Shown one piece after another: positions 63,423 through 64,000 of a stretch of DNA of 64,000 bases. Position numbers and translations under genes: made by a program. Under the pieces are notes generated by a model. The model had not been told where the DNA came from. It saw nothing but the letters and a program-made list of their open reading frames with translations, and searched no databases. The DNA lies in NCBI GenBank assembly GCA_051294905.1, contig CM119372.1, forward strand, positions 3,412,001 to 3,476,000, written 5' to 3'. Positions within the stretch are counted from its first letter, which is position 1, and the number at the start of each line of letters is the position of its first letter. The DNA is from Botryllus schlosseri (Eukaryota).

Positions 63423-63919
63423 TAGGGCTGGGCAAAATCGAGTACCTGAGTGATTCGTTTCTGAATCATGTAATATGCTTCGAGTCGAGTCGAGTAATCG
63501 AGTATCACCCATTATGACGTCATCGCAGAATGTAAATCGTCAAAGTTCAAATATAAACCGTTTATGCCTGTTATCAATCTCATAAATGATACTGTGGTAT
63601 TTTCCCGACCATACCGATTTCAATCCACTTGGTCACAATGTTGTGGGATAATCATGATTTCGGAAGTGTGCTATGTCCAGTAACCTTCGTCGCTTTGTAT
63701 TATATGTTTCGTATATTACGATACCACCGATCAAGGTTTCAATGCTTCAACAGTGAAAATTGGTATCGAAACTATAATTCTCGTTGACAAATTAACTTTC
63801 AGTGGCGAGAGGCGTATAATGTCAGTACTCGAAAAAATCGTATTTTACTACTCGACTCAAATCATTAAAATTATTACTCGATTCAGATTCGAGTACTCGA
63901 ATCATTTTGCCTAGCCCTA
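63423..63919 (+). mobile_element. MITE family C
   Basis: TIR tagggctgggc/gcctagcccta; TSD gttatatg/gttacatg (7/8). Confidence 0.88.
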
Positions 63920-64000
63920 GTTACATGTACGGCAGGGCTGTATTGACTCGAGTCGCAGTTTTGCGAGTCATTTTCGTAAAATTAGAGAATGACTCGGCTC

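Noticed and set aside
226..63512. Most 60-150 aa ORFs in the track, including antisense ORFs over exons (36590-36961, 63054-63512, 16669-17100)
   Set aside because: They are shadows of GC-richer exons, repeat translations or chance ORFs with non-ATG starts.

Overview
Eukaryotic, AT-rich, repeat-dense animal genomic DNA. It looks like an invertebrate, possibly an ascidian or other deuterostome, but that is inference only. The window is dominated by one + strand multi-exon gene for a TRPA1-like ion channel. I reconstructed 26 coding exons by hand (16742..63383). All introns are GT-AG and phase-compatible, giving 4005 nt or about 1335 aa. The protein has about 17 ankyrin repeats, the TRPA linker/pre-S1 region, S1-S6 with pore motif MMIGELDY, a TRP-like helix and a long C-terminal coiled coil that may continue past the window. 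A second candidate first exon (17317..17412) suggests alternative N-termini. The channel appears to lack two of the three canonical electrophile-sensing cysteines and has unusually long extracellular loops, one of them partly built from a 31-nt microexon. Introns and the upstream region are filled with non-autonomous hAT-type elements with 8-bp TSDs, often nested. They also contain decayed hAT transposase remnants, a 1.6-kb near-perfect foldback element, two tRNA-derived SINE families and 3' ends of a CR1/L2-group LINE, whose 3' tail is shared with one of the SINEs. No prokaryotic features, rRNA, genuine tRNA or CRISPR were seen. Coordinates and alignments were made by eye, without database searches.
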